Positions 1 to 9,180 are shown, counted from the stretch's first letter. The stretch: DNA of 64,000 bases from an uncultured virus (IMG/VR IMGVR_UViG_3300032268_000966) (IMGVR_UViG_3300032268_000966), one strand, 5' to 3'. Notes: a model not told the origin generated them from the sequence alone. A program made the numbers and translations.

Positions 1-309
1 GATAATTGGTTTTGATGATGTTCCTTCAGCTAAGATTTGAGCGCCTCTTTCGATACATAAAGCACCTTTTTCACTGATATCAGAAATGATTGTTGTGCCT
101 GGTTGGATAATAAGTTTTGCTCCATCGGTCACATACACATACCCTTTTAATGTCCAAACTTTGTCCGAAGTTAAAGTTGTAGTTGTATTAATGTTTCCTG
201 AAAGAGTGGTTGATGTTGGTATGTTAATTGGTCCGTCTTCGCCACCTCCTAAATTTTTTTCGCATCCAAATAATGATAATGCTAAAATAAGTCCTAATAA
301 TTTTTTCAT
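1..309 (-). CDS. Bacteroidota-type lipoprotein partner of the TonB-dependent receptor (3' end runs off the window)
   Basis: Manual translation from ATG at 309: MKKLLGLILALSLFGCEKNLGGGEDGPINIPTSTTLSGNINTTTTLTSDKVWTLKGYVYVTDGAKLIIQPGTTII... It has a lipobox (LFG-C16) and an ATGA overlap with the receptor stop. Absent from the ORF track because there is no stop in the window. Confidence 0.8.
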   Translation of the reverse strand, partial: MKKLLGLILALSLFGCEKNLGGGEDGPINIPTSTTLSGNINTTTTLTSDKVWTLKGYVYVTDGAKLIIQPGTTIISDISEKGALCIERGAQILAEGTSSKPII

Positions 310-2783
310 AAATTTAAATTTAATGTTAATGAAATTGTTTGCTCGTTATTTGTTTTTATTAGATTTCTGTTTTGTACTTTTTGGTAAAAGATGGATGACT
401 GAGCAAAGACATCACCTATTGCCAATTTTAATTCTCCTTTCGGAAGTTTATGTAAAAAAGTTACATCTAACACATCTCTACTATTTTCGAATATGTCAGG
501 ATAACCTTGAAATCCCACTGCGGATATTCTATCTCCAACTCTGTTATATGTTATATTGAGTGTTTCATTCTTTTTATGAATATTCACACCACTATTTAAC
601 ACGTAGTTTGATTGTCCTTGTAATTGTCTTTTCATACCGTTCACATTTACCTCAGAGTTCATAAGAGAAACGTTTGTGTAAATGTCAAACCAATTGGTTA
701 TTTTTTTACGAACCTCCATTTCAATACCATATAAAATTGCAGAATTTGGGTTAGTGTATGTTAACAGTAAGTTTGATGGTACTGAACCATCGGCAACAAT
801 TTGTTCTATTGGTTTAATAAAGTTTTTCCCAAATAAGGAAACCGATATGTTTTCACCTGACTCTGGATACCATTCGTATTTTAAATCCAAATTATATATG
901 TCAGTTTTTTCTAATTTTGAATTACCTAAAATTTGTGCGTTTCTAACAAAATCGTAATATGCAAAATTTGCAACTTCTCTAAATTCAGGTCTTGATAATG
1001 TCTTACTTATTGAAAATCTATATTTTGTTTTATCCTCATTATATGAAAGATTAAGTGACGGCAAGAAATCCAAATACTGTCTGTTCACATTCACTTTTTG
1101 ACCACTAAAATCTGCGGTTTGAACTTCAAAAATATTATATTCACCCCTAATACCTGTGTTAATTTTCCATTTACCAAATTCGCTTTCATACATTGAATAT
1201 AAAGACCCTAAATCAAAATCGGCGGTATATCTATCGGTATTGTTTGTAATCTCGTCTAACATATCTGTTGATTGATAACGAAATATTCTAGCATTAAATC
1301 CTCTAAATCGTTTTAAATAACCACCACCGACTTTTATTTTACCAATCTCTTTATTAACGTTACCGTTAAAAGAATTTTCATCCATTATACTCCAAAAACG
1401 ATATGTGTCTCTCCAGGCGGTTTGATAAGGTTCGTTAACTCCTAATGATTTTGTAATCGGATTTATTCTATAATCAGGTTGTTCCCTGAACATATAATTG
1501 TATCCAACATTGAAATTAAATGTTTCTATTTTACCGTCTAATTGAGAATTAACAACAATATTATTAATATTGTTTGATGCTGTACTACGAACATTTTGTA
1601 CGTTATCAAAGTTGTCACCGTTACGAGTTAAATATGAATTTTCTGATTGGTAATTAATCAAGGTTTTCCAACTATATCGGTTTTTTCCCAAATATGTTAA
1701 ATTAAGTAATCCATTGGTGGATACTCTTTTTGTAAATAATGTATCTCTATATGAGTAAGCTAATTCTGTTGATGACTGATAATCTTTTCTGTCAATATAA
1801 TTTAAAGTATATGTATTTCGTACAGTAGAACTAAATAAAGAATTAAATTTACCTTTAGTATACCCAAATGAAAGACCCCCATTTAAATTTGGGATTGATT
1901 GAAATGAAGATTCTGATGGTGTATTAATTAATTTAGTAAACGCTCTTTTATCACCATTACTACTAATTCGGTATCGATATGTTGAAGGGAAAGAGGAAGG
2001 GAATTTAGTAGGTTGAACTAACTTAAATTTTTCAAAAGTTGATACTAAACCCCAACCACTCCCCAATGAGATATTAAAAAAATTATCAGATACTTCTTTT
2101 GTTGTTACTTGAATTAATCCTCCACTCCAATCTCCAGGTAAATTTGCAGATGACGATTTTGAGACAATAATATTATCAATTAGAGATGTTGGAATTATGT
2201 CAAAAGAAAATGCTCTTCTGTCTGGTTCAGTTGATGGTAAGGGAGTTTTATTTAAAAATGCTAAATTATACCTATCAGCTAAACCTCTAACCAAAACAAA
2301 TCTATCATTTTGAATTGTTACACCACTAACTCTTTTGAGAGCATCTCCTAAATTTCTATCAGGAGTTTTTTTAATAAATTCGATTGAAATACCATCAGAT
2401 ACTACATTACTGTTTCGTATTGACCTAACAATTGCAATTTCAGTTATTTTTTGTGCTGTTGACCTTACAATGACTTCAGATAATTGAGTATCACTCTCTT
2501 CAAGTATAATGTCTAAAGTTAAATCCGATGTTATGTTAATTTCTTTTAAAAAATTAGAATAACCCATGTACGACGCAGTTATCTTGTATAAACCAGGTTT
2601 AACAGTTACTTTATATTCGGATTTTTCGTTTGAAATAGAGGAGTATGATGTCCCGTCTATGTGTTTGAATATTATGTGAGAAAAATATATGTTTTCGGTT
2701 TTAGATTTTGTAAGACCACTTACATTTATTTGTCCAACAGCTAAGATTGGGATTAATAGTAAAAATAGAAAAAATGATTTCAT
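306..2783 (-). CDS. TonB-dependent outer-membrane receptor
   Basis: 825 aa with signal peptide, N-terminal carboxypeptidase-regulatory-like domain, plug motifs (DALKRVSGV, VLVRGLADRY) and barrel motifs (LPSLNLSY, SRPEFREV, GNSKL, NLDLKYEWY). Confidence 0.92.
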   Translation of the reverse strand: MKSFFLFLLLIPILAVGQINVSGLTKSKTENIYFSHIIFKHIDGTSYSSISNEKSEYKVTVKPGLYKITASYMGYSNFLKEINITSDLTLDIILEESDTQLSEVIVRSTAQKITEIAIVRSIRNSNVVSDGISIEFIKKTPDRNLGDALKRVSGVTIQNDRFVLVRGLADRYNLAFLNKTPLPSTEPDRRAFSFDIIPTSLIDNIIVSKSSSANLPGDWSGGLIQVTTKEVSDNFFNISLGSGWGLVSTFEKFKLVQPTKFPSSFPSTYRYRISSNGDKRAFTKLINTPSESSFQSIPNLNGGLSFGYTKGKFNSLFSSTVRNTYTLNYIDRKDYQSSTELAYSYRDTLFTKRVSTNGLLNLTYLGKNRYSWKTLINYQSENSYLTRNGDNFDNVQNVRSTASNNINNIVVNSQLDGKIETFNFNVGYNYMFREQPDYRINPITKSLGVNEPYQTAWRDTYRFWSIMDENSFNGNVNKEIGKIKVGGGYLKRFRGFNARIFRYQSTDMLDEITNNTDRYTADFDLGSLYSMYESEFGKWKINTGIRGEYNIFEVQTADFSGQKVNVNRQYLDFLPSLNLSYNEDKTKYRFSISKTLSRPEFREVANFAYYDFVRNAQILGNSKLEKTDIYNLDLKYEWYPESGENISVSLFGKNFIKPIEQIVADGSVPSNLLLTYTNPNSAILYGIEMEVRKKITNWFDIYTNVSLMNSEVNVNGMKRQLQGQSNYVLNSGVNIHKKNETLNITYNRVGDRISAVGFQGYPDIFENSRDVLDVTFLHKLPKGELKLAIGDVFAQSSIFYQKVQNRNLIKTNNEQTISLTLNLNL

Positions 2784-2871
2784 AAAGTTATTTAAATTAG
2801 TTCCCTAATAACTATGATACCGTTTCTATAAGTGAATTAACATTATATTATGAAATCATTAAATTAATAAT

Positions 2872-2901
2872 AAAAAAAAAGGTTCACATATCTGTGAACC
2901 T
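2872..2901 (-). terminator. Intrinsic terminator downstream of tmRNA
   Basis: AGGTTCAC-N6-GTGAACCT hairpin followed by a U-tract on the minus strand. Confidence 0.8.
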
Positions 2902-2902
2902 A

Positions 2903-3316
2903 TGGTGGAGGTGGCGGGAATCGAACCCGCGTCTTACAATATTAACATAAACAGACTACACGTTTATTCAGTTAGTTCTCAACTGACAAATAAATGGTTC
3001 CTATTTTGACATCGTAACCAATAACTGTGTCGGGTTCACTTGTGTTGGAGTAGACCCCTGAACGAGACTCCTAATACATCTTCTGGTGGTATTACACCTT
3101 GAGTACTTCTGTTCCTAGGTTATATGTACATCGACCCGAACGTTGTTCTGTACTAATTAAGCACCAACAACAACAGCTTCTCTAGTTAAACCTAAAGCAG
3201 CCATTTTAGCAAAAGTATTGCCGTTTGAATTTTTTCACCGTAGATTTAAGTCATAGATGAATTCTGACTACGTGCCTGCTTACCCTAAGTACTGCAATCA
3301 ATACCTGGACACCCCC
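2903..3316 (-). ncRNA. ssrA: tmRNA (transfer-messenger RNA)
   Basis: 5' GGGGGUG pairs with 3' CACCUCC-ACCA and includes the G3.U alanine determinant. T-arm GCGGG-UUCGAUU-CCCGC; encoded CCA; 414 nt; internal tag ORF at 3222-3157 reads GNTFAKMAALGLTREAVVVGA*. Confidence 0.93.
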
Positions 3317-3336
3317 ATAATTTCAATGAACTGATA

Positions 3337-3354
3337 CAAAGATAAGAATAAATA
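3337..3354 (-). promoter_or_regulatory. Host-type TAnnTTTG element (3337-3344) plus phage TATTTATT motif (3347-3354) upstream of tmRNA
   Basis: Minus strand reads TATTTATTCTTATCTTTG about 20 nt upstream of the tmRNA 5' end. Confidence 0.55.
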
Positions 3355-3390
3355 TCGTAAAACCAAACTGAAAGTGTATTTATTAACAAT

Positions 3391-4431
3391 ATGGCATCAT
3401 TTGAGACATTTATGGCTTTGAGGGATTACGTTAAGGACAAAATCCAAAAATGGGAATTAGAGGATTCTGACCCTGACATTTATCATGTTAGAGAAGATAG
3501 GTCTAACCGTGGGCAAAGCGTTATTAAAATAGGTTTTAATGACGATAAATTTTGGAAAAACGCAGGTTTAGGAGAAGATGATATTTGGTTTATGAAAATG
3601 ATTAACTCACCTTATTCAGATTATGAGTTCATGGATTCGTATAGTGTTACTGATGATTTTAGAAATGGGTATACCATTTTTGGGGAATTAAATGAGGATA
3701 ACATTGAAAAGTTAAAACAAATATCAAGATACATTTTCCCTAAAAAATTTGATTTGGAAAATGAAGAGTTCAGGTCAGACTTTGCAGATAAATTATTAAC
3801 TTCATTCAAAAGTGACACCCAAGATATTATTGACGACTACCAAAACGAAAAAAATAGGGAAATGACGCAAACCGCACAAGAAAGGATTAATAAAGAACTG
3901 GTTGAATATTTTGATGAGTATGGGTTTAACTACATAGCCGATGACGAATTTACAACAACTGTTGCAAATCTTATAATGTTGTATATTAAAGAAAATGCAA
4001 TACATGAACCACTTGCAAAATTTCTACCTAAAATTTTCAGTTCAAATAATAATTCAATAGGTGGATGGCAAGAGAATAGTTATGAATATCAAGATTCTAA
4101 AAATTTTGATAGTGATTCATTCAACAATTATGTCGAACGTAAATTAGATGGAATAATTGAAAAGATTGAAGAGGGATATGACGGAGACTTTAAAATTCAA
4201 GATTATGTCGATATGGTAGATAGAATTAGTAAAAAGTTTGAGGTCGGCAGATGGCATAACTTACCAAAAAAGAAAGACGTTAGATTTTATATTGAAAATT
4301 TTGAAATGAATCCAAATAAGGTTATCGTTAAACTTTCCAGAGCATTACAACAAAGAGAGTTAAAATTAACTGAAGAGAATTTTTATCATCTACTTTATCA
4401 GCCAACATTATTTAATTTGGAAGAAATCTAA
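3391..4431 (+). CDS. hypothetical acidic protein
   Basis: 346-aa ORF preceded by TATTTATT (3377-3384); no recognisable motif. Confidence 0.7.
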   Translation: MASFETFMALRDYVKDKIQKWELEDSDPDIYHVREDRSNRGQSVIKIGFNDDKFWKNAGLGEDDIWFMKMINSPYSDYEFMDSYSVTDDFRNGYTIFGELNEDNIEKLKQISRYIFPKKFDLENEEFRSDFADKLLTSFKSDTQDIIDDYQNEKNREMTQTAQERINKELVEYFDEYGFNYIADDEFTTTVANLIMLYIKENAIHEPLAKFLPKIFSSNNNSIGGWQENSYEYQDSKNFDSDSFNNYVERKLDGIIEKIEEGYDGDFKIQDYVDMVDRISKKFEVGRWHNLPKKKDVRFYIENFEMNPNKVIVKLSRALQQRELKLTEENFYHLLYQPTLFNLEEI

Positions 4432-4439
4432 TTTTTTCT

Positions 4440-4447
4440 TATCTTTG
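4440..4447 (+). promoter_or_regulatory. Bacteroidota sigma70 -7 element TATCTTTG
   Basis: Matches TAnnTTTG, 4 nt before the peptidase ATG. Confidence 0.55.
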
Positions 4448-4451
4448 TGGT

Positions 4452-5294
4452 ATGACACAAAATATAGACTTACTAAAGGAAGTTCTTAGCGTTCCTAGTA
4501 AAACATACAAAGAAGACCTTATGGTCGAATTCTTGGTTAATTGGTTGACTGAGAATAACATTGAACACTACGTAGATAAACATAAAAATGTTTATGCAAC
4601 AAAAAAAGAAAATTCTGAATTACCAGAAAATTTCCATTTCCCATGTGTGATTGCCCATACAGATACAGTTCATGAGTTAGACACCATTCTTATTCGTGAG
4701 GAACAATTATATAATGCTCAAGGTCAGATTAAAGACTCCCTGAAAGCATATAATGAACACGGATTACCAACAGGTATTGGTGGAGACGACAAATGTGGTG
4801 TATTCGCTTGTTTAACATTACTTAAAGAATTACCGTACTTAAAGGCATCATTTTTTGTTTCTGAAGAAACAGGATGTCATGGTTCAAAAAAAGCAGATGA
4901 ATCTTTCTTTGAAAATGTTGGTTACGGAATTCAATTTGACGCACCAGAAAACTGGATGATTACAGAAAAATGTTTTGGTCAAGTATTGTTTGACAGAGAT
5001 AGTGAATTCTTTGAAAAGATTGATAAAGTTTTAACTGAAGGTATGGTTAATGAAGACATGCAATACATGGTTCACCCATATACCGATGTATATGCTTTGA
5101 GAAATAAATTTAGTTTCTCATGTATTAATTTTTCAATTGGATATTACAATTATCACACTAAAAATGAATACGTTGTAATTGAAGATGTTTTTAATGGAAT
5201 AGAAATGGGTAGAAAAATGATTTCTGAATTAGGTTATAAATTACACTACAAAGAATTAGTAAAATATGACCCAATGCAAAGATATGTTATATAA
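4452..5294 (+). CDS. M20/M28/M42-type zinc peptidase
   Basis: Metal-ligand motifs AHTDTV, GGDDKCG, SEETG and C-terminal YHT..E. Confidence 0.85.
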   Translation: MTQNIDLLKEVLSVPSKTYKEDLMVEFLVNWLTENNIEHYVDKHKNVYATKKENSELPENFHFPCVIAHTDTVHELDTILIREEQLYNAQGQIKDSLKAYNEHGLPTGIGGDDKCGVFACLTLLKELPYLKASFFVSEETGCHGSKKADESFFENVGYGIQFDAPENWMITEKCFGQVLFDRDSEFFEKIDKVLTEGMVNEDMQYMVHPYTDVYALRNKFSFSCINFSIGYYNYHTKNEYVVIEDVFNGIEMGRKMISELGYKLHYKELVKYDPMQRYVI

Positions 5295-5955
5295 AATTTT
5301 CTAACTTATCAATGTGACGTTTAACCATCGGGTGGTCTTGAATATCCTCATATTCGGCCCCCGATTTTTTTATTTCTTTAATACCGTTAACAATTTGAGA
5401 TAAATGTCCTCTAACCATTCTTGACGCAGATGGGTAATTCTGAATGTAGTGGGATAGTGAAAATAATCTTGATGCAACATCAATTGGTATACCTAATTTA
5501 ATTACAATTTTGGCAACCATATTTTTGGCAAATTGGTCGGCGTCTAACTCCATTTCCCAGTATTGGTCTGCGAGTGACTCAAAATCTTCCAAATCAAATT
5601 CCGTTAATGGGTTTGGCATTTTAATGTCACGAATCTGATGTTCGTGTCTAATTTCGTGAAATACGGTGTACAGGAAATCACCTATGGTTGACATTTGAGC
5701 TGGCGCACAAATTATTATTTGGTCTTTAGTTCTAACCCCTGAAAATCCAGCAAAACAAGAGTTAAGGAATTTAATATTGAGGTTGTTCTTTTTGATATAG
5801 TCAGAAACAAATTTACCAATTACTGGTAATTTCTCCATTAATTCTTTTGGAAATTGATATTTGAATTGGTCCATCAATCTATCAAGATTTGATTGCAACT
5901 GAGGTGCATCATCTTCAAGGGACTCTTTTATTATCTTTCTAATCAAATCTTTCAT
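5287..5955 (-). CDS. HEXXH zincin-like metalloprotein, possibly head-packaged
   Basis: HEIRHEHQ followed by ELDAD; N-terminal MKDLIRKIIKES motif; TATTTATA at 5960-5967 (minus strand). Confidence 0.65.
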   Translation of the reverse strand: MKDLIRKIIKESLEDDAPQLQSNLDRLMDQFKYQFPKELMEKLPVIGKFVSDYIKKNNLNIKFLNSCFAGFSGVRTKDQIIICAPAQMSTIGDFLYTVFHEIRHEHQIRDIKMPNPLTEFDLEDFESLADQYWEMELDADQFAKNMVAKIVIKLGIPIDVASRLFSLSHYIQNYPSASRMVRGHLSQIVNGIKEIKKSGAEYEDIQDHPMVKRHIDKLENFI

Positions 5956-5968
5956 TAGTTATAAATAC

Positions 5969-5997
5969 AAAAAAAAGGGAGAATAAATCTCCCTTTT
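5969..5997 (-). terminator. Intrinsic terminator after clpC
   Basis: AAAAGGGAGA-N5-TCTCCCTTTT hairpin with a long minus-strand U-tract. Confidence 0.75.
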
Positions 5998-5999
5998 AA

Positions 6000-8012
6000 T
6001 TATCGTCCTTTTTTAACAACCTTAACCTCGTCGTTCTCAACTTTGATGTTGTAAGTTTTACCCTCAATCATCTTACCTGTTAGAACTTCTTCAGATAACA
6101 AATCCTCAACTTTGTCTTGGATTGCTCTCTTAAGTGGTCTCGCTCCGTACATCTCGTCAAATCCAATCTTAGCCAAATAATCAACTAAAGTGTCATCAAA
6201 GTTTAAAGTGTACTTCATGTCCTTAAGACGTTTACCTAATTTCGACAATTCAATCACAGTGATTTTCTTGATGTCCTCAGGAGTTAATGAGTTGAATACA
6301 ATTGTATCATCGATACGATTGATGAATTCAGGAGAAAAGAATTTCTTCATTTCTTTCATTAACACTTCTTTTTTGGCCTCCTCGTTAGCATAAGGACTAT
6401 TTGAGAAACCGATACCTGTACCAAAGTCTTGTAACTTCTTTACACCTAAGTTTGAAGTTAAGATGATTAAGGTATTCTTGAAATTAATCTTTCTACCTAA
6501 ACTATCTGTAACGTGACCGTCATCCAAGATTTGAAGTAAGATGGTAAACACATCTTTGTGAGCTTTCTCCACCTCGTCAAACAAGATAACTGAATATGGT
6601 TTGTTCTTAACTTTTTCAGTCAATAAACCACCTTCTTCGTATCCAACATAACCTGGAGGAGCTCCAACCAATTTAGAGACACTGTGTTTCTCTTGGTACT
6701 CAGACATATCCACACGGATAAGTGAATCTTCAGAACCAAACATCTCTTTCGCCAATTGCTTAGCTAAGTGAGTTTTACCAACACCAGTTGAACCTAAGAA
6801 CACAAATGAACCAATCGGACGGTTCGGGTCCTTAATACCCAAACGGTTTCTCTTGATAGATTTTGCAATCTTAACAACCGCAGCATCCTGACCAATTACT
6901 TTACCGATTAACTCCTTATCCAAGTTTAATAATGCCTTAGTGTCATCAACACTCATCTTATTTACAGGGATTTTAACCATGTTTGAAACAACTTCATAAA
7001 CATTATCCAATGAGATGATTTGTTTATTTTCCGACATAGATTCTTCAAACTTACGTTTTTCAACGTCTAATTTGTCTAACACTTTTTTCTCCTTGTCTCT
7101 TAACTGAGCGGCCTGTTCGTAGTTTTGTTTTTTAACTACGTCCATCTTTTGTTGTCTGATGTCTGCAGCGGTTTTCTTCAAAAGTTCAATAGATTCAGGA
7201 ACTTTAAGTTCGGTTTGCATACGAGCTCCAACCTCATCCAAGATATCAAATGCCTTATCAGGAAACTCACGGTCTGTGATGTAACGGTCAGCTAATTTAA
7301 CACAAGCCTCAATTACTTCATCACTATAAGTTACCTTGTGATAAGACTCATACTTATCACGGATATTTTTAAGGATTTGGATTGTCTCATCAACAGTCGA
7401 TGCGTCAACAACCACTTTTTGGAATCTACGCTCTAACGCTCCGTCCTTCTCGATATTTTTACGGAACTCATCAAGAGTTGTTGCTCCAATGATTTGAATC
7501 TCACCACGAGATAATGCTGGTTTAAAAATGTTAGAACCGTCCATTGAACCTGAAGAATTACCCGACCCAACCAAAGTGTGGACCTCATCAATAAACACAA
7601 TGATATGTGGATTTGCGGTAAGTTCTTCAATGATAACTTTCATTCTTTCTTCAAATTGTCCACGGTATTTTGTTCCTGCGACAACTGAAGTTAAGTCAAG
7701 ATTGACTAATCTTTTGTCCACTAAATTACGAGGACAATCTCCATTAACAATCTTCATTGCTAATCCTTCAACAATTGCGGTCTTACCACAACCAGGTTCA
7801 CCAATGATAATTGGATTGTTTTTCTTTCTACGAGATAAAATCTGAGCAATTCTTAAAATCTCTTTGTCACGACCAATAACAGGGTCTAACTTACCTTCTT
7901 CTGCAAGTTTATTTAAGTCTCGACTAAAGTTGTCTAAAACAGGAGTACTACTATCAGATTGCTTTTGTTTTTTACTCATCATTTTTTCATCGTCGTCCAT
8001 CAAGTCATTCAT
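6000..8012 (-). CDS. clpC: ClpC-type Hsp100 AAA+ ATPase lacking the N-terminal Clp-repeat domain
   Basis: Walker A motifs GEPGCGKT and GSTGVGKT; pore loops KYRG and GYVG; UVR-type M-domain (QNYEQAAQLRD); ClpP-docking IGF loop; only ~25 aa precede LDNFSRDL. Confidence 0.9.
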   Translation of the reverse strand: MNDLMDDDEKMMSKKQKQSDSSTPVLDNFSRDLNKLAEEGKLDPVIGRDKEILRIAQILSRRKKNNPIIIGEPGCGKTAIVEGLAMKIVNGDCPRNLVDKRLVNLDLTSVVAGTKYRGQFEERMKVIIEELTANPHIIVFIDEVHTLVGSGNSSGSMDGSNIFKPALSRGEIQIIGATTLDEFRKNIEKDGALERRFQKVVVDASTVDETIQILKNIRDKYESYHKVTYSDEVIEACVKLADRYITDREFPDKAFDILDEVGARMQTELKVPESIELLKKTAADIRQQKMDVVKKQNYEQAAQLRDKEKKVLDKLDVEKRKFEESMSENKQIISLDNVYEVVSNMVKIPVNKMSVDDTKALLNLDKELIGKVIGQDAAVVKIAKSIKRNRLGIKDPNRPIGSFVFLGSTGVGKTHLAKQLAKEMFGSEDSLIRVDMSEYQEKHSVSKLVGAPPGYVGYEEGGLLTEKVKNKPYSVILFDEVEKAHKDVFTILLQILDDGHVTDSLGRKINFKNTLIILTSNLGVKKLQDFGTGIGFSNSPYANEEAKKEVLMKEMKKFFSPEFINRIDDTIVFNSLTPEDIKKITVIELSKLGKRLKDMKYTLNFDDTLVDYLAKIGFDEMYGARPLKRAIQDKVEDLLSEEVLTGKMIEGKTYNIKVENDEVKVVKKGR

Positions 8013-8069
8013 ATGTTTCTATATTTATTTTACAAAGTAATATCAAATATGGGACTTCTCCAAATATTT

Positions 8070-8140
8070 TGACAAATTGTCAGGTTATAATTATTTCACC
8101 TGACATATTGACATTAAGATTCGGTTGGTATATTATTTGA
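8070..8140 (+). promoter_or_regulatory. Putative sigma54-type -24/-12 promoter with two upstream TGACA-N3-TG(T/A)CA boxes
   Basis: TGACAAATTGTCA (8070-8082), TGACATATTGACA (8101-8113) and TTGGTATATTATTTGA (8125-8140; GG-N10-GA). Confidence 0.5.
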
Positions 8141-8146
8141 ATACAA

Positions 8147-8154
8147 CAAAGATA
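8147..8154 (-). promoter_or_regulatory. TATCTTTG host-type element oriented toward clpC
   Basis: TAnnTTTG match in the divergent intergenic region. Confidence 0.4.
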
Positions 8155-8185
8155 ACAAATAAATCTTAATTAAAAAAATAAAATT

Positions 8186-8566
8186 ATGTTTGGAAACAGA
8201 AGAAATTACAACGACATCTTTAGAGCATTCGATGAAATGTTTGCTCAATTCGATTTAACTCAAGGTGAGTGGAAATCAAAAACTAGAGTATCTGATGATG
8301 GTACTATGAAAGTAACAACTTATTATAGAGGAGGAGACTCTTCAAAATCAGAAGAAGGAATCGACAGATTAAAATATCAACTTAACATGGCGATTGAAAA
8401 TGAAGATTTTGAAACTGCAGTTAAACTTAGAGACCAAATCAAAAATTTTGAGTCAAACCAAAAAGATATTGATAAACTTGAATTGGAGTTAAAAAAATCA
8501 ATTGAAGAACAAGACTTTGAAAAATCAATTGAAATTAGAGACCAATTGAAAAAATTGAAAATGTAA
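8186..8566 (+). CDS. Double UVR (UvrB/C motif) protein, putative ClpC adaptor
   Basis: Two UVR motifs, AIENEDFETAVKLRDQI and SIEEQDFEKSIEIRDQL; divergent from clpC. Confidence 0.8.
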   Translation: MFGNRRNYNDIFRAFDEMFAQFDLTQGEWKSKTRVSDDGTMKVTTYYRGGDSSKSEEGIDRLKYQLNMAIENEDFETAVKLRDQIKNFESNQKDIDKLELELKKSIEEQDFEKSIEIRDQLKKLKM

Positions 8567-8568
8567 TT

Positions 8569-8600
8569 AAAGACCCTCATCATTTTGGTGGGGGTTTTTT
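8569..8600 (+). terminator. Intrinsic terminator
   Basis: GACCCTCATCA-TTT-TGGTGGGGGTT hairpin (with G.U pairs) plus T-tract. Confidence 0.7.
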
Positions 8601-8627
8601 AATAAAAATTAAGGTATATTTATTAGT

Positions 8628-8960
8628 ATGAAACCGTTTGAAAAATTTTTAGAAACCAGTGTCACTCTGAGAGAATTACTTGACACTTACCTTGAACTAA
8701 GGCAACATCTACAGGAGAGTGGGTTTAGTCAAGAACAATTGAGTAGGTTTATGCAACCTACATATAAGATGATGACATTACGTGAAAGGTTTACGAACAA
8801 AAAAAATGCTTTATTTAGACAAATTAAAGATTATGGTTTTGAAATACAAATGGATGATTTAAATGAGTACATCATGCCGTTATTAAATAAAATAGATGAA
8901 TTAACACCATTAAGCCATGGCAATAACGAAAGAGGAAATCAAGGGGACGAAGATTATTAA
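8628..8960 (+). CDS. hypothetical protein
   Basis: 110-aa ORF; TATTTATT 3 nt before ATG. Confidence 0.65.
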   Translation: MKPFEKFLETSVTLRELLDTYLELRQHLQESGFSQEQLSRFMQPTYKMMTLRERFTNKKNALFRQIKDYGFEIQMDDLNEYIMPLLNKIDELTPLSHGNNERGNQGDEDY

Positions 8961-9159
8961 TGAAATAAAATCGTCAAACATTAAGAAAACTGAATACGAT
9001 ACCGAAACAAGTAAGTTAATCGTTGAGTTTAATAACGGATTAAAATATGAATACGAGGGAGTACCTCATCAGTCGTACACTGCCTTCAGAAAATCCGAAT
9101 CACAGGGAAAGTATTTTACCACAGACATTTCAAAAAAATATAAGTATAAAAAACTATAG
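8917..9159 (+). CDS. KTSC domain protein
   Basis: SSNIKKTEYD..TSKLIVEFNNGLKYEYEGVP..Y..F..SESQGKYF fits the KTSC pattern. Confidence 0.88.
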   Translation: MAITKEEIKGTKIINEIKSSNIKKTEYDTETSKLIVEFNNGLKYEYEGVPHQSYTAFRKSESQGKYFTTDISKKYKYKKL

Positions 9160-9180
9160 TTATCCTACTATTTATTTAGG

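Noticed and set aside
86..957. Plus-strand ORFs 86-559 and 682-957
   Set aside because: Antisense shadows of the lipoprotein and TonB receptor genes, with no motifs.
2837..2863. 11-bp-spaced TTAAC/TTATG/TTAAA repeats as a Pho box upstream of the TonB receptor
   Set aside because: Too degenerate to distinguish from chance in very AT-rich DNA.
2903..2935. tRNA-like 3' end (T-arm plus CCA)
   Set aside because: Its acceptor-stem partner lies ~400 nt away and there is no anticodon arm, so it is the tmRNA tRNA-like domain, not a tRNA.
6000..8185. clpC pseudogene or mis-called start
   Set aside because: The upstream intergenic space is only ~170 nt and holds regulatory motifs, and all catalytic motifs are intact, so the missing N-domain appears genuine.
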